Positions 53,199 through 64,000 of a stretch of DNA of 64,000 nt are shown one piece after another. The translations under genes and the position numbers were made by a program. The stretch is from Balanoglossus misakiensis. Lineage: Eukaryota > Animalia > Hemichordata. Below the pieces are notes generated by a model, which saw only the letters and a list, made by a program, of their open reading frames with translations, was not told the origin of the DNA and made no database searches. Every line of letters begins with the position of its first letter. Within the stretch, counting starts at the first letter, position 1. Where the stretch lies: NCBI GenBank assembly GCA_040954595.2, contig CM082597.2, positions 496,001 to 560,000 of the forward strand, written 5' to 3'.

Positions 53199-56162
53199 AT
53201 GGCTGACTCGGGCGGTAGACGTCGACGACGGCGTGGTGGAGGTAGAGATAGACCAGGTCAAGAGCGCCCCCAGGGCAACGTTGGTGAACGAGACTACGAT
53301 AAAGATAGATCAGCCTCTTCAGAAAAGTCAACTAAAGACAAAGTGAGAATTGTTTGATTATGATAATTATTAAAGTGATCGAAAAGGATTTTTATGTTTC
53401 GTTTTTTTTTTATGTTAACCTTGGGTATATTCACCAGAGTTTGTTTAAACTGTGGCACATTATATTGGATAGAGAGCATTATACCGGGACATTATACTGG
53501 CTAGAGATGTTTATACTGAAACTAATTTTCAAAATTCCGGTGGATCTTCTTTCTTGTAGCATGACAAAGACGCAACTGCAACACCATCAGCTGCAGCAAC
53601 AAAGCCAACAATCATTTTGGCCAAACCACCAGAGAGGGTAAGTGTATTGCAACAGAAAAGTGACATCCACCCTGTTTCTCAGTGGAGGGGTCCAACTTTA
53701 TCATAAAAAAACAATGGATTGGACCTAACTATAATGATGAAAGGGTTAGTCATCACCTTTTTCTTCTTGTGGTGCCTTGTTCTTTATTATGATAACATGG
53801 GTGATACATTCTTTACACTACAGAAAGATTCCAGTGGTGCTGCACCTGTTGCTGAGAAATCTCCAGTTGTCATGATCAAAGCTAGAGATGAAACCAAACA
53901 GGCGTCAGTACCCGGAAGTGCTTCCATGGCAACAACAGTCCCAGGAGATGGTAGCCATAGCGATCCTCATCAGCAAGTGTACCATCTTCATCGGCATCCA
54001 ACTGGGCCACCTAGTGAAGGTAAAGTTAGCAATATTGGATTTCTTGCCAAAAGCATCCCTTCTAGTTCTAGATTTGCTTATTTTCTAAAATTATTGTGTA
54101 TTTCCTATAACAGGTATGATCCAGTCACAACAACTTCCCAGACTCTCAACTCCTCCAGAAATGACACAGAGTATGAAACTAGTTGATGATGCATTGCAGT
54201 GGTGTGATAATGGTATGGAGGTAGGTCACTTATGAATCAGTGATCAACAGACGAGTTGTAGACGCCCCTACTGTGTGGTGATGATATGGGTCATATATGG
54301 ATATATACATTTGGTCACTTTAACTAGTAACTTGCATCTTTCTCCAGATGTTACTGGACCAGACAGATTATCTTGTGGTTGGTGTATTAGGCTTACAAGG
54401 CACTGGGAAATCAACAGTCATGTCACTTATTGCTGGCAACACATTTGAAGACAATCCAAGGTAATACATGAATTTTATAGCTTTTCATATAGGCTCTATT
54501 AATATAATTGTCAAGTTTATTAGGTGTATAATACCATGAAAAACAATAGAACATTTGAAATTTAACTTTCAGGATGTATGCATTCCGTCATCAAAGTCGT
54601 GAAGTGAAAGAGACCGCGGGATATCAGACGCATGGCATTGATTTCATGGTAACTTCAGAAAGGATTATTTTACTGGATACACAACCTGTCCTGAGTGCTT
54701 CTGTTTTGGATCAACTCATCAAACATGAAAAGAGTCTGCCTCCAGAAATCACAACAGCTGAAAATTGTGTGGAATTACAAGTAGGTTGGGTTGGTCAATC
54801 TGAGGTTTTCTTCTGATCGAAACATTCAACCACCATACTGTACTGTTGCAGTATCTTGCTTTAATAATTGCCCTGTCTGTAAAGGCCAGTTTAGGAAAGT
54901 CCCTTGATTGGCCACTATAGACAAGTTTGACTGTATTTCTGTCTTTTCCCAGTCTCTTCAGCTAGCAGCATTTCTCTTCACTGTCTGTCATGTGGTGTTG
55001 GTAGTTCAAGACTGGACCGAAGATATCAACATGCTACAGTTCATCCACAGAGCGGAGATGTTGAAGCCACCAACCCCATCACCTAGTGTGGAGACCAGTG
55101 CCAGCAGTGGAGATGACAGTGAAGATTTCTATCCTCAAATAGGTCAGTTTATAACACACCTCACCCGACCCTTGGGGGCAACAGACGTATGCTGTTACCC
55201 TCATGGCCAGTCAATATGTGTATACTGTTGCATATTGCACACTGCATGTATATCATCAGCTTTATATCATCTGGTAAGAACATCATTGAAAACAATATGG
55301 TCGTTACTTTGTATCTTAATTTCACATTTTATTTTTTGTTCCAGTTTTTGTACATAACAAAGCAACCAGAGAAGATTTCAAACTGGACAATATACAACAA
55401 GCCAATAGTGTCATCAGTGTTTTGCTGAAGCATTCTAAACTGAAATACAAAGGTATTTTCTTGGTCTATCTTTCTTGGTAGCTTTTTGAATTATCATAAC
55501 CATCAAAGCTCCTTTGTCATTGACAGGGAAGAGAAAATTTTGATCAATGGGATTGTTTATTTGTTTGTAGGTTGTGTGTCAATCACTCACAGTAAACTCC
55601 TACCACACATGGATGGTGAATTACCAAACACTGATGTTAATTTATTCTTGATACCTAAAGCAGAGTCTGCAGGAAAATCCTCTAATGGTAAGTAGACTAT
55701 GAACAGGCAAGCACTTGAGACAGTGGCTACCTTATGACCAGTGAAAATGTTTTTACTCAAAAAGGAAAGCTTGAAAATTTGTTTGTTTAATGATTTCTGA
55801 TCTGAATTTTCTCAAATTATTTTGTTTTCCTTTTTGTATAACAGAGAGTAAGGGTATTACTTCATTACTACCAGAGTACAGAGGTCACCCAGGATTGGAA
55901 TCCATCATAACAACATTGAGAAATCTTATATTCAGTGCTTCAAGGACCCCATTGGCTCATACTTCATTGACAGAAAAAAACTGGTAAGATGTCATTCCAA
56001 GTTCAAAAGTTATGTTGAGGTCATGGTGGGTTCAACATACATGATGCAGTGAAAGGCTAATACCTGTTTCTCGATTTATTTGACAGGTTTCATTACGCTG
56101 CTAGGACATGGGATGGTGTCAAGAAATCTAACTTAATGTCAGAGTATAGCAGGCTACTCTGA
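53199..56162 (+). CDS. SMG9: Nonsense-mediated decay factor SMG9
   Basis: About 11 exons; DYLVVGVLGLQGTGKSTVMS P-loop, RIILLDTQPVLSASVLD, SLQLAAFLFTVCHVVLVVQDW, C-terminal LTEKNWFHYAARTWDGVKKSNLMSEYSRLL*. Confidence 0.96.
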
Positions 56163-56566
56163 GAAATCACCTCAATGTGTTTTCTGGCTTTCAAAAATTT
56201 GAAGTTTGAACCGTCAGTGACTTCATCAAGAATGCTGTTCTTTCATGAGATGAAGTATTTTAAGAAATTCAAATGTCAAGACATTTACACTATTACATCA
56301 AAACCAGTGTTGAGTTGTGACACAGGCTTTCAAACCAAAAGCTGCCCTGTTATTTTGTGAATCTTTTTTATGCCAATGTATCTTGTGTTATAGCTCTGTT
56401 GTATGCGAATACCTGCTTCCCAAACATTTGATATTTATTGTGAAAATGCCAGTAAACTATGTTTTTGTACAAGAGTTTACAGAAGTTTGTAAATAATAAC
56501 TCATTAAGTTCAACGTCAACTTTGCTCTGCTGGTGATCTTTGCCTGATGTCTGTCAATGCTGAACC

Positions 56567-56599
56567 CATACATACATACATACATACATACACACACAC
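56567..56599. repeat. (CATA)n/(CA)n microsatellite
   Basis: CATACATA...CACACACA run between the SMG9 and CFAP126 3' ends. Confidence 0.9.
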
Positions 56600-57223
56600 A
56601 AGATATTTCAAATCATGCTTTGAAATCTCTTCAAAGACACACTTTAATTTTGATAAAAAATATCTTTCACTGATTAACCATCCACAAAGTCTACAGGTCT
56701 ATAGGCTCTATACAATATAAGCAAACGTGGTGATGAATAGTTTTAATTACAACAATCAACTGTTTTATCCCCCCTCACCATGATAATTGATATCTATTAA
56801 TGTAATGTTGTGCATTGTCATATCAAAAAGCTAATGCAGTGTTGGATTGATCTAGGTTCTCATAACTGGCTTGAAGACTGTTCTTATTAGGCCACATGTA
56901 TGAAATTTATCTGTTATATTAAGAGAGCCTACACATACAAGTTACCATGTTCAGCCAAGATTTACTACAATACAATTGATACCAAAAACAATAGTACATA
57001 ATTGAGGAACAAAAGACATGATTATATTACAAATATTTTATGTTTTAAATAGACAGTGTTCAAGTAAGAGCTGTAAAGAATGACAACACTGTTCTGTTGG
57101 ATTGACTTGGTGAAATCTTCATGGCAAGACAGTTTAATCAAATCAACCATTCTAGCACTGTTATTTATCTCAATGAATGTCTATCAGTACAGTGATGTTA
57201 CTGCTCTCATGATCTTTGCTTTT

Positions 57224-58458
57224 TTATTCCGGTTGTGGACTAGCCACCACACTTGCACATCTGCTGGCTGGTTTTTCTTCTTCAACGGGTGCTGGTGATG
57301 CAGCCTTCAATAGAAACAACAAAATTACTACTGTGAGAACCAACATCAACACTGAATGCAAGATTTTGTATGACTTGGTTAATTACTGTGGCAACAGGTT
57401 GCTTGCCAAGTAATACAAAGATAGTTTTGTTGAAACTGGAATAGGTGTGGAGTTTAATATAAAAGAATTCAATAGTTATCTATAGAATATCTAAGAAGTC
57501 AATAGAAATCTATAGAATGTTTTTGTTGTCATGGAATACCAGAGTTAATATTCAAATCGGTCCCAGTGAGGTTTTAACCCTTTCACCCCCAGTTCCATCC
57601 TTTAGAGGTCCAACATTTGGACTGAAGAATTACGTAGAAAGGGTTAAACGCAATCCTACCTTGTCAACAGCTCGAGGTGGAGCCACTGCTTCTTCCATTT
57701 TGAGTTTATGTTCAAAATTTGTTGTTTCAATTTGCTCGACAGCTTTCCCAGACCTTGCCATGTATGTTGTCACATTTCCGGGAATTTTCTTGGGCATATC
57801 CCAAGTTCCAACAAAGTTTCCCCAAGGTGATTGTTTCGACCGTGGTACACCTTGCAACAGATGGCCCCTGTCATTGGCTACTATCTGTGTGTATCCGTCC
57901 AATGACGATGGTCTCTGAAATTTAGACCGACAGACAGGCAGTGAATTATGAGATTCACAAATGCACAATATCAGAGTGACACCATGATATCAGAATGAGT
58001 AGTAGGCTAAGAAAAAGAATTTAGAGTGGTTCTTATAACATCTTGTACTCACCTCTTTGTATGTATGTGGAACAGTCCAGTTCTGTAACCTTTTGCCATT
58101 GAATGCATCTTCATACTGAAATGTTGGACAAGATTTGGATTGACTATCATGCATTTAAATGTCCGCCAGGCCAATGTGACCAGACCACGAAAAATAAACA
58201 CGTCTGACTTGAATTGACATATGAACTCGCTCTTCCCCTTGGGCAAGTTGACAAAGCAAATAAAACAGTACACAAGTCAAAGAATAATCTTGTTTATAAA
58301 TGACACAACATGGGGCTTCTTGCTCTTTCTCTGCATTGGCACACACATTATATTGTACTTCACACTCAACTACTCAATGACATTAGTCCCAGTGTCAACA
58401 AACAGGTCTACACTCTCTCGTCGTGTCTTACCTGGTTTGCGCTAAAATGTGTTGCCAT
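57224..58458 (-). CDS. CFAP126: Protein Flattop (cilia- and flagella-associated protein 126)
   Basis: 4 exons: MATHFSANQ (58432-58458), YEDAFNGKRLQNWTVPHTYKE, RPSSLDGYTQIVANDRGHLLQGVPRSKQSPWGNFVGTWDMP..., AASPAP...SPQPE*; hallmark SANQYE and DRGHLL..PWG.F.GTW motifs. Confidence 0.93.
57574..57647. mobile_element. ~70-bp TTAA-flanked micro-MITE (piggyBac-type ends)
   Basis: TTAA-CCCTTTC...GAAAGGG-TTAA; related partial copies at 7130-7187, 29136-29216, 53667-53748 and ~31631-31658. Confidence 0.65.
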
Positions 58459-58633
58459 TTTGATTTAATAATAGTAGACCAATAAGCAGTAAATGATAAT
58501 ATCCAAAATACGCTGAAATTTGGGTCCGATTGCCTTCAGAAGACGGCGTTAATTTCGTAATACGACCAGTCCGTCGCCCCTTGTTATGATATGTACATGT
58601 ATGCTAATCTTTGGCGTATGTGTAAACGTTCTG

Positions 58634-58647
58634 GTCCCCTTGGTGAC
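58634..58647. promoter_or_regulatory. X-box-like motif in the CFAP126/EIF3F divergent promoter
   Basis: GTCCCCTTGGTGAC ~180 bp upstream of the CFAP126 ATG, next to forkhead-like TGTAAAC (58621) and an inverted CCAAT (CTGATTGG ~58669); CFAP126 is a ciliary gene. Confidence 0.4.
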
Positions 58648-59077
58648 GGTACAAATGTAACAGCATGTCTGATTGGACGACATGGTCTCGTTAATTCTTT
58701 TCTCGAAAAAATGAATAAATTTGCACCATTCACTTTTAAATCTACCACATTTAATTAATAAAAGCTAAAATTAAATGATAGTGACATAAAATTTCAATTT
58801 CATGGCCAAACGCGCCGAAAGTACAAATAACGTTTGAACCATCGCGAGACTACGTGCAAATAGTCAGTAGTGTATTTACAGCATATGGGTTCAGCATAAG
58901 ATTTTGTGAAATAATTAGAATTATGCGATAAATCGCTTAATTTTCTACATATAAATACTGTAAAAATTTAATTATTATACTTTATATCATGCTGAAAATA
59001 TGATAGACATATAGAGTTGATATGGTTATTTTAACGAAAGGACATTCTCGTAATACATAACTTAGAAAATTGACAAA

Positions 59078-61078
59078 ATGGCGGAAACATCATTGAGGAA
59101 TTGCCATGTGCACCCAGTTGTTTTATTCAGCATATGTGACTCTTATGAGCGAAGAAACGAAGATGCCAAGCGAGTCATTGGCACGTTGTTAGGTAGGTAG
59201 TAAGGCGAGGACCTGAGAAATCGCTTTGAAAATGTGTATTGCCTTAGTTTGTTGTACGACGACCATTCCGAATTTCGTCATGTGTTCATTCCACTGTCAG
59301 TTGCATGTGGGCTCCATAGCCCTGGATACAGGTCTAGTCTGTGTGTTCCCGGCTATTGGTAGCTGGCTCCAATTCCTACTCAGGTCTGCGATATGCGTGT
59401 ATTGTACTGTACTGTCTTGTTGAGACTTATGTTCCATTTGTACAAATTGTGATCTCTTCTAGGAACAAATATCCATGGCGTAGTCGAAGTGACAAATTGT
59501 TTTTCAGTGCCACACAACGAGTCTGAAGATGAAGTAAGTTGTTTTAATTCTTCTATCACTTTCATGGAGAATAGTATCCTCCAAATTTATTTCATTCCTT
59601 CAACATGAAACCCTCTTCAAAATGTAAGATTTATCTGGATTGTTTTGACAGGTTGCTGTTGATATGGAGTTTGCAAGGAACATGTATGAATTGCACAAGC
59701 GAGTAAACCCCAATGAAACCATTGTTGGCTGGTAAGTATTGTTTTAAAAGTTTGTGACAAAGATTCCACCATACATACCATGGGACACAATCTAGGTGTT
59801 TTTACAATTTTTGTTTTCTTTTGTTTTGAAGGTATGCTACTGGTAACGACATCACAGAACATTCAGTGCTGATCCATGAATATTACAACCGAGAATGTAA
59901 CAATCCAATTCATATCACGGTGGATACAACACTACGAGATAGCAAAGTGTCAATCAAAGGATGGCAGAGGTACTTTACACTTCCTTTTCTTGCACCATAA
60001 CTTGTAGTTGGACATTGTCTAGTTATTTGTGAATTCTTTTGCCGCTCCAACACTGATGCTCTTGTATTCTTATCAAATTTTCGACATTTCACACTTTGAA
60101 TGTTTTCCCTGTCCAGTCAAAACATGGGTGTTCCTGGAAAGACAAAAGGTGTTATATTTACACCAGTGAGAGTGAAAACTGCCTTTTATGAACCAGAAAA
60201 AGTTGGAGGTAAGTTGTGCCAATGTTCTTGTAAAATAAATGATGTACAGAAAATCTGTCTCAAATTACCAGACCAGATGCTCTTGTTGGCAACGTCATGA
60301 TTTGTGTCAATGTTGATGCTTTATTTTTTGTGTTAAATTTACAGTTGACATGTTGATTGAAGGGATGTCATCAGGTCGACGCACTGTTGATGTGATCTCG
60401 GACTTGGAACATGTTTGCAAGTCTTCTGCAAAGCTTCAAGCCATGTTGACGATTGTTATTAATAATGTTGATGATGTTCTGGTAAGTCAGAAATGTATTC
60501 TACAAATTTACATCATTTCCTGTCCCACTTCAACTGAAAATAGGGAGAATAATGTGTAGGGATTGTGAATTTGTTTCTGAAATAATTTGTATTTTAAAAA
60601 ATCTTATATATTTTAGGCTGGTAAGATTCCAGCTGATAACACCATAGGCAGACATCTTCTAGACTTGGTCAATACGGTACCACAACTTGAAGCACATGAA
60701 TTTGAAGAAATGCTGAATAAGAACATGAAAGTAAGTAGAACACCTCAATTTTTATTCCTAAAGTACTTAGACACAAATGTTAGACACAAATGTAAAAATC
60801 TCAGTATCTTCAATCTTCTAGACAAGTTTGCAACAGACCTCTATACATTTGCAAAATAAATTTGACTAGCTGGAGTTAGCTGTTGGGATAGAATACTACG
60901 TATGCCTGGTTGTGCCAGGTCTGATTTTTGTGTGGCAATGTTAATGTCATTTACAATCATTGTCTTGTATCTTTCTTTGCAGGATCTCCTGATGGTTGTG
61001 TATTTATCAAACTTAGTGAGCACGCAGTTACAATTAAATGAGAAGATTAACATGTTGGAGAGTGTCTCCAAGAACTAG
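59078..61078 (+). CDS. EIF3F: Eukaryotic translation initiation factor 3 subunit F
   Basis: 8 exons; [75 protein letters not shown] (MPN domain), [21 protein letters not shown]. Confidence 0.97.
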
Positions 61079-61427
61079 AGAAAATGTTTAACGTTATAAA
61101 TTAGTTTCTTGACAAAATCTACCCTCTTTACTGGTCATCAGTCCACCCTCTGTTACTGGTCTTGCTGGAAATACATTGCAACGGAAGCATGGGAAAGCAG
61201 ACTGTTAACATCTTTTTATTTGTATCATTCTTAAAGTGATGATAACTTCACCATAGTACATTACACATTGTGACATTAATTTGATCCAGGAATATTTTCT
61301 CTGTAATTAAACATTGTTGTCAATGCCGTATATACAGTGTCATTCTTGTTCTCTGAAAGATGTGAGTGATCCTTATCCTTCCTTAGTGGCTTGTCTTAGC
61401 CCTTAAGACCCTTGTGATATAAATGTT

Positions 61428-64000
61428 TTATCGGATTAGTATTGAATATCTCCAGTTTTCAGTAGCCAGCGTCATCTGTTCGTCGTTTGCAGTATTGCAA
61501 CACTCGGTGTCCACCCAGTTGGCCCAGTGGCCATTGGGACTTGCGTTGTTGTCATATCCCCAGACAATCTGCTGAGTCGACCAACCAATACCGATGTGTG
61601 GGTAGTTTGGATCACTTCCAGTCTGTTGAAAATTGGATTTTGCGAAATTTTAACTTGCTTAGAGTTTACTGGAAATGCTTTTTAAGACGTTCATACCATA
61701 CATATGTAAGATGAACAATGTAAAATACATGTGCCTACACTTGGAAGTAGTGTAAGCCTATCTTAGTGATGGGTAGAAAGTTGTCCAAAGATAGCAAAAC
61801 TAAAGTGCCGTTCGCAGTTGCTAACCATGGCTGGCATTTCTGTTTAACTTAAGGCAACCAGATGATTTCAATTCTCAGATAATGTTCGTGGAGTTTGACT
61901 GACCTTATATGACCGTTGACTGTTGGTAACACTGCTTTTCAAGATGCCAATATCCCGATTATTTCCACGGAAACCATCAATGTAACATTCTCCTCTCAAA
62001 CCCGTCGTTTTCATGTAATATCCGAAGTGAGATACTATATCTGCCGATGAGGGCGCCCAGCCATACACAACCTGGAAGAGAAGAAATAATGCACAGAAAC
62101 GTGGTGTAGAATATTTTGCAAACGAGTAAGATGACTTGCCCTGTAGTTGTTAATAAACCTCACCTCTCTGTAGTTTTCCAGTTTCAATCCTTTTGTATAA
62201 ATTGAAACACTGGTCGATGATGGCGATACAGCTCTAACGTCATCATTCCTGCCAAACACAAACATCAAATTGTATAAGTAAAGTGTTTTCAATAATTATG
62301 AATCGGAATGACAAAACTACTGATATTTGGATTAATTGAGTAGACCTTGATAAATTCACTCCCGAATTTACTTCGTCGGTTGTCAACTTTGTTGGTTGAA
62401 AGGACAATTTATTTATACTTCATGTACCTTGTAATTGACTGGTAGAACAGAGCCGCGTTATCATTGTTGCCATGTCTTGCCATCATGTTATAAACACGTA
62501 ACCAGCCACCACCGTTAAAGTCCATCTCACAGTACACCTTAACAAAACATCATAAGTCAATTTATTAATTAGTATTGGTCAGTTACTATTTGCATGTTGT
62601 AGCTATGAGCATGTGTTGTTTACGGCTTATGAGTCGGGTGACTGACTGGGTGAATTTCAAAGGCCATGTGAATCTGCATATTGCAAGTGACACACCTGTC
62701 GTTCATTAGCGAGTGCAACAATCAGTATCGAGATCGCGATTGTGATACGAGTGGACGCCATGGATGATATACATGTCTACTGCAAAACTAGACGTTAGGA
62801 TTCTACAAAATATCTTGGTCACCAGAGTCACGCTTTCCACTCCTGTGCAGTGTCGCCTTTCTACTTGTGCTTCAAATCGCCATCTCAAGTAAGTGTTTGT
62901 CCAGTTTAAGCTGCTCATTGATAGACCTGTCCACTCAAACAACCATCAGTCAAAACGTGGAAACGCTGAGGGTCAACTTCAATTCAATTTCATCTTGCAT
63001 ATATTTGGTGCTTGGCACCAACCTCTCTCTTGTTATTCATTTAGCTGTTGCAGTTGTGTTAATTGTGAACATAATGACTAATTCTGCAACTTAGAATTAT
63101 ATACCTGTGTTGGTTTTTTGAGACTTGGATCCGGATAGATCCAGTATTCTCCACTGACACGTATACCCAGACTGTACAGGTCCTTGCAAGAATTGCCTGG
63201 TCGTTGTGCAGTTCCCGGTTTCACACTATACATCACTAACCAGTTCTAAATGGGTCCAAAGGAGAAGCAAAACTAGCCATGGAGAACAGTTTATCAAAAT
63301 CCCTTCTGATAAGTTAAACAGTGAGCCATTTATCCAACACGTATATTACAAAAGTATAGTTTAGAAATATCGGTCATGAATCGATAAATTAAAAGTTTTG
63401 CTAGTACCTCTCCATCACAGAGTTCAACTTCCCTAGTCTGGCGAGAATATCGCATAGTTCCTGATAATTCGGGACAGCAGACCACATCGGTCAGTTCTGG
63501 TAATTGTCCATTCCATGGGCATGAATGCTGTAAACAGTTTCAAAAAAATTAACATTCCATAAGATGACAGTCACTTGATGTTGTAGCTAAAAACAGATCG
63601 TGTATTGCATTAGTAGTAATAGACTGCACAGAAACCCCGACATCGCGGGAAGGTGAAACTCGGGTATGCATGAAAATGCCTATTTAAGAATCTTGGTGAT
63701 TTCGGAGAGATAAATTACCGTAATTGTTAATTTTTAATGAGAAATTATCATCACATCGACTGAAAAAAAGACTTTGTCAGCTAGAACCTTGAGTAGTTTT
63801 GACTTTGTAGGGTGTAAAACGTAAGAACCACGATTTTTCGATAATAACATTTTGCATCACAGGTGCATGCGAAATACAGTGGCAGTTACGGCCATGTGGC
63901 ACTTGCTGACACCTGTGGTTTGCATATACTTGTTTGTTTGATTTGAAGTATGCTGCTGCTTACTGTAAATGTTGTTGACACTGTGTACGACGACCCTTGA
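61428..64000 (-). CDS. 3' part of a gene encoding a fibrinogen-like (YCxMxxxGGGW) domain protein; 5' end outside the window
   Basis: Phase-consistent exons 63964->64000, 63408-63527, 63105-63245, 62428-62537, 62164-62248, 61904-62071, 61428-61622: ...CCPELSGTMRYSRQTREVELCDGENW...PGTAQRPGNSCKDLYSLGIRVSGEYWIYPDP...QVYCEMDFNGGGWLRV...GHWANWVDTECCNT...NWRYSILIR*. Confidence 0.85.

Noticed and set aside
60830-60960. Possible H/ACA snoRNA in the last EIF3F intron (AGAATA box, terminal ACA)
   Set aside because: Stems are weak and the ACA is very close to the acceptor; insufficient support.

Overview
AT-rich, gene-dense eukaryotic DNA with short GT-AG introns, from an invertebrate animal (probably a non-vertebrate deuterostome such as a hemichordate; this is inference). 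By manual exon stitching I find 13 protein-coding genes: an uncharacterised ~21-exon WD40 gene (-), CCDC15 (-), U2AF1 (-) head-to-head with PSENEN (+), three HSD17B12/KAR-like SDR paralogues (+,+,-), hormone-sensitive lipase LIPE (+), a PEA15 orthologue (-), SMG9 (+), CFAP126/Flattop (-), EIF3F (+), and the 3' part of a fibrinogen-like (YCxMxxxGGGW) domain gene (-) running off the right edge. Mobile DNA includes a 2.5-kb PIF/Harbinger-type element (TTA target duplication) carrying a nested hairpin-terminated element, a Helentron/HINE-like element and a ~70-bp TTAA-flanked micro-MITE family. Most notable: the U2AF35-PSENEN divergent pair also seen in mammals (U2AF1L4-PSENEN); a full PEA15 with ERK-docking tail outside vertebrates; an SDR triplet in which two copies carry complementary active-site lesions; a hairpin with periodic tandem G.A mismatches; and a candidate cassette/poison exon in U2AF1. 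No prokaryotic-type system (CRISPR, operon, etc.) is present. Homology calls rest on recalled motifs, not database searches.
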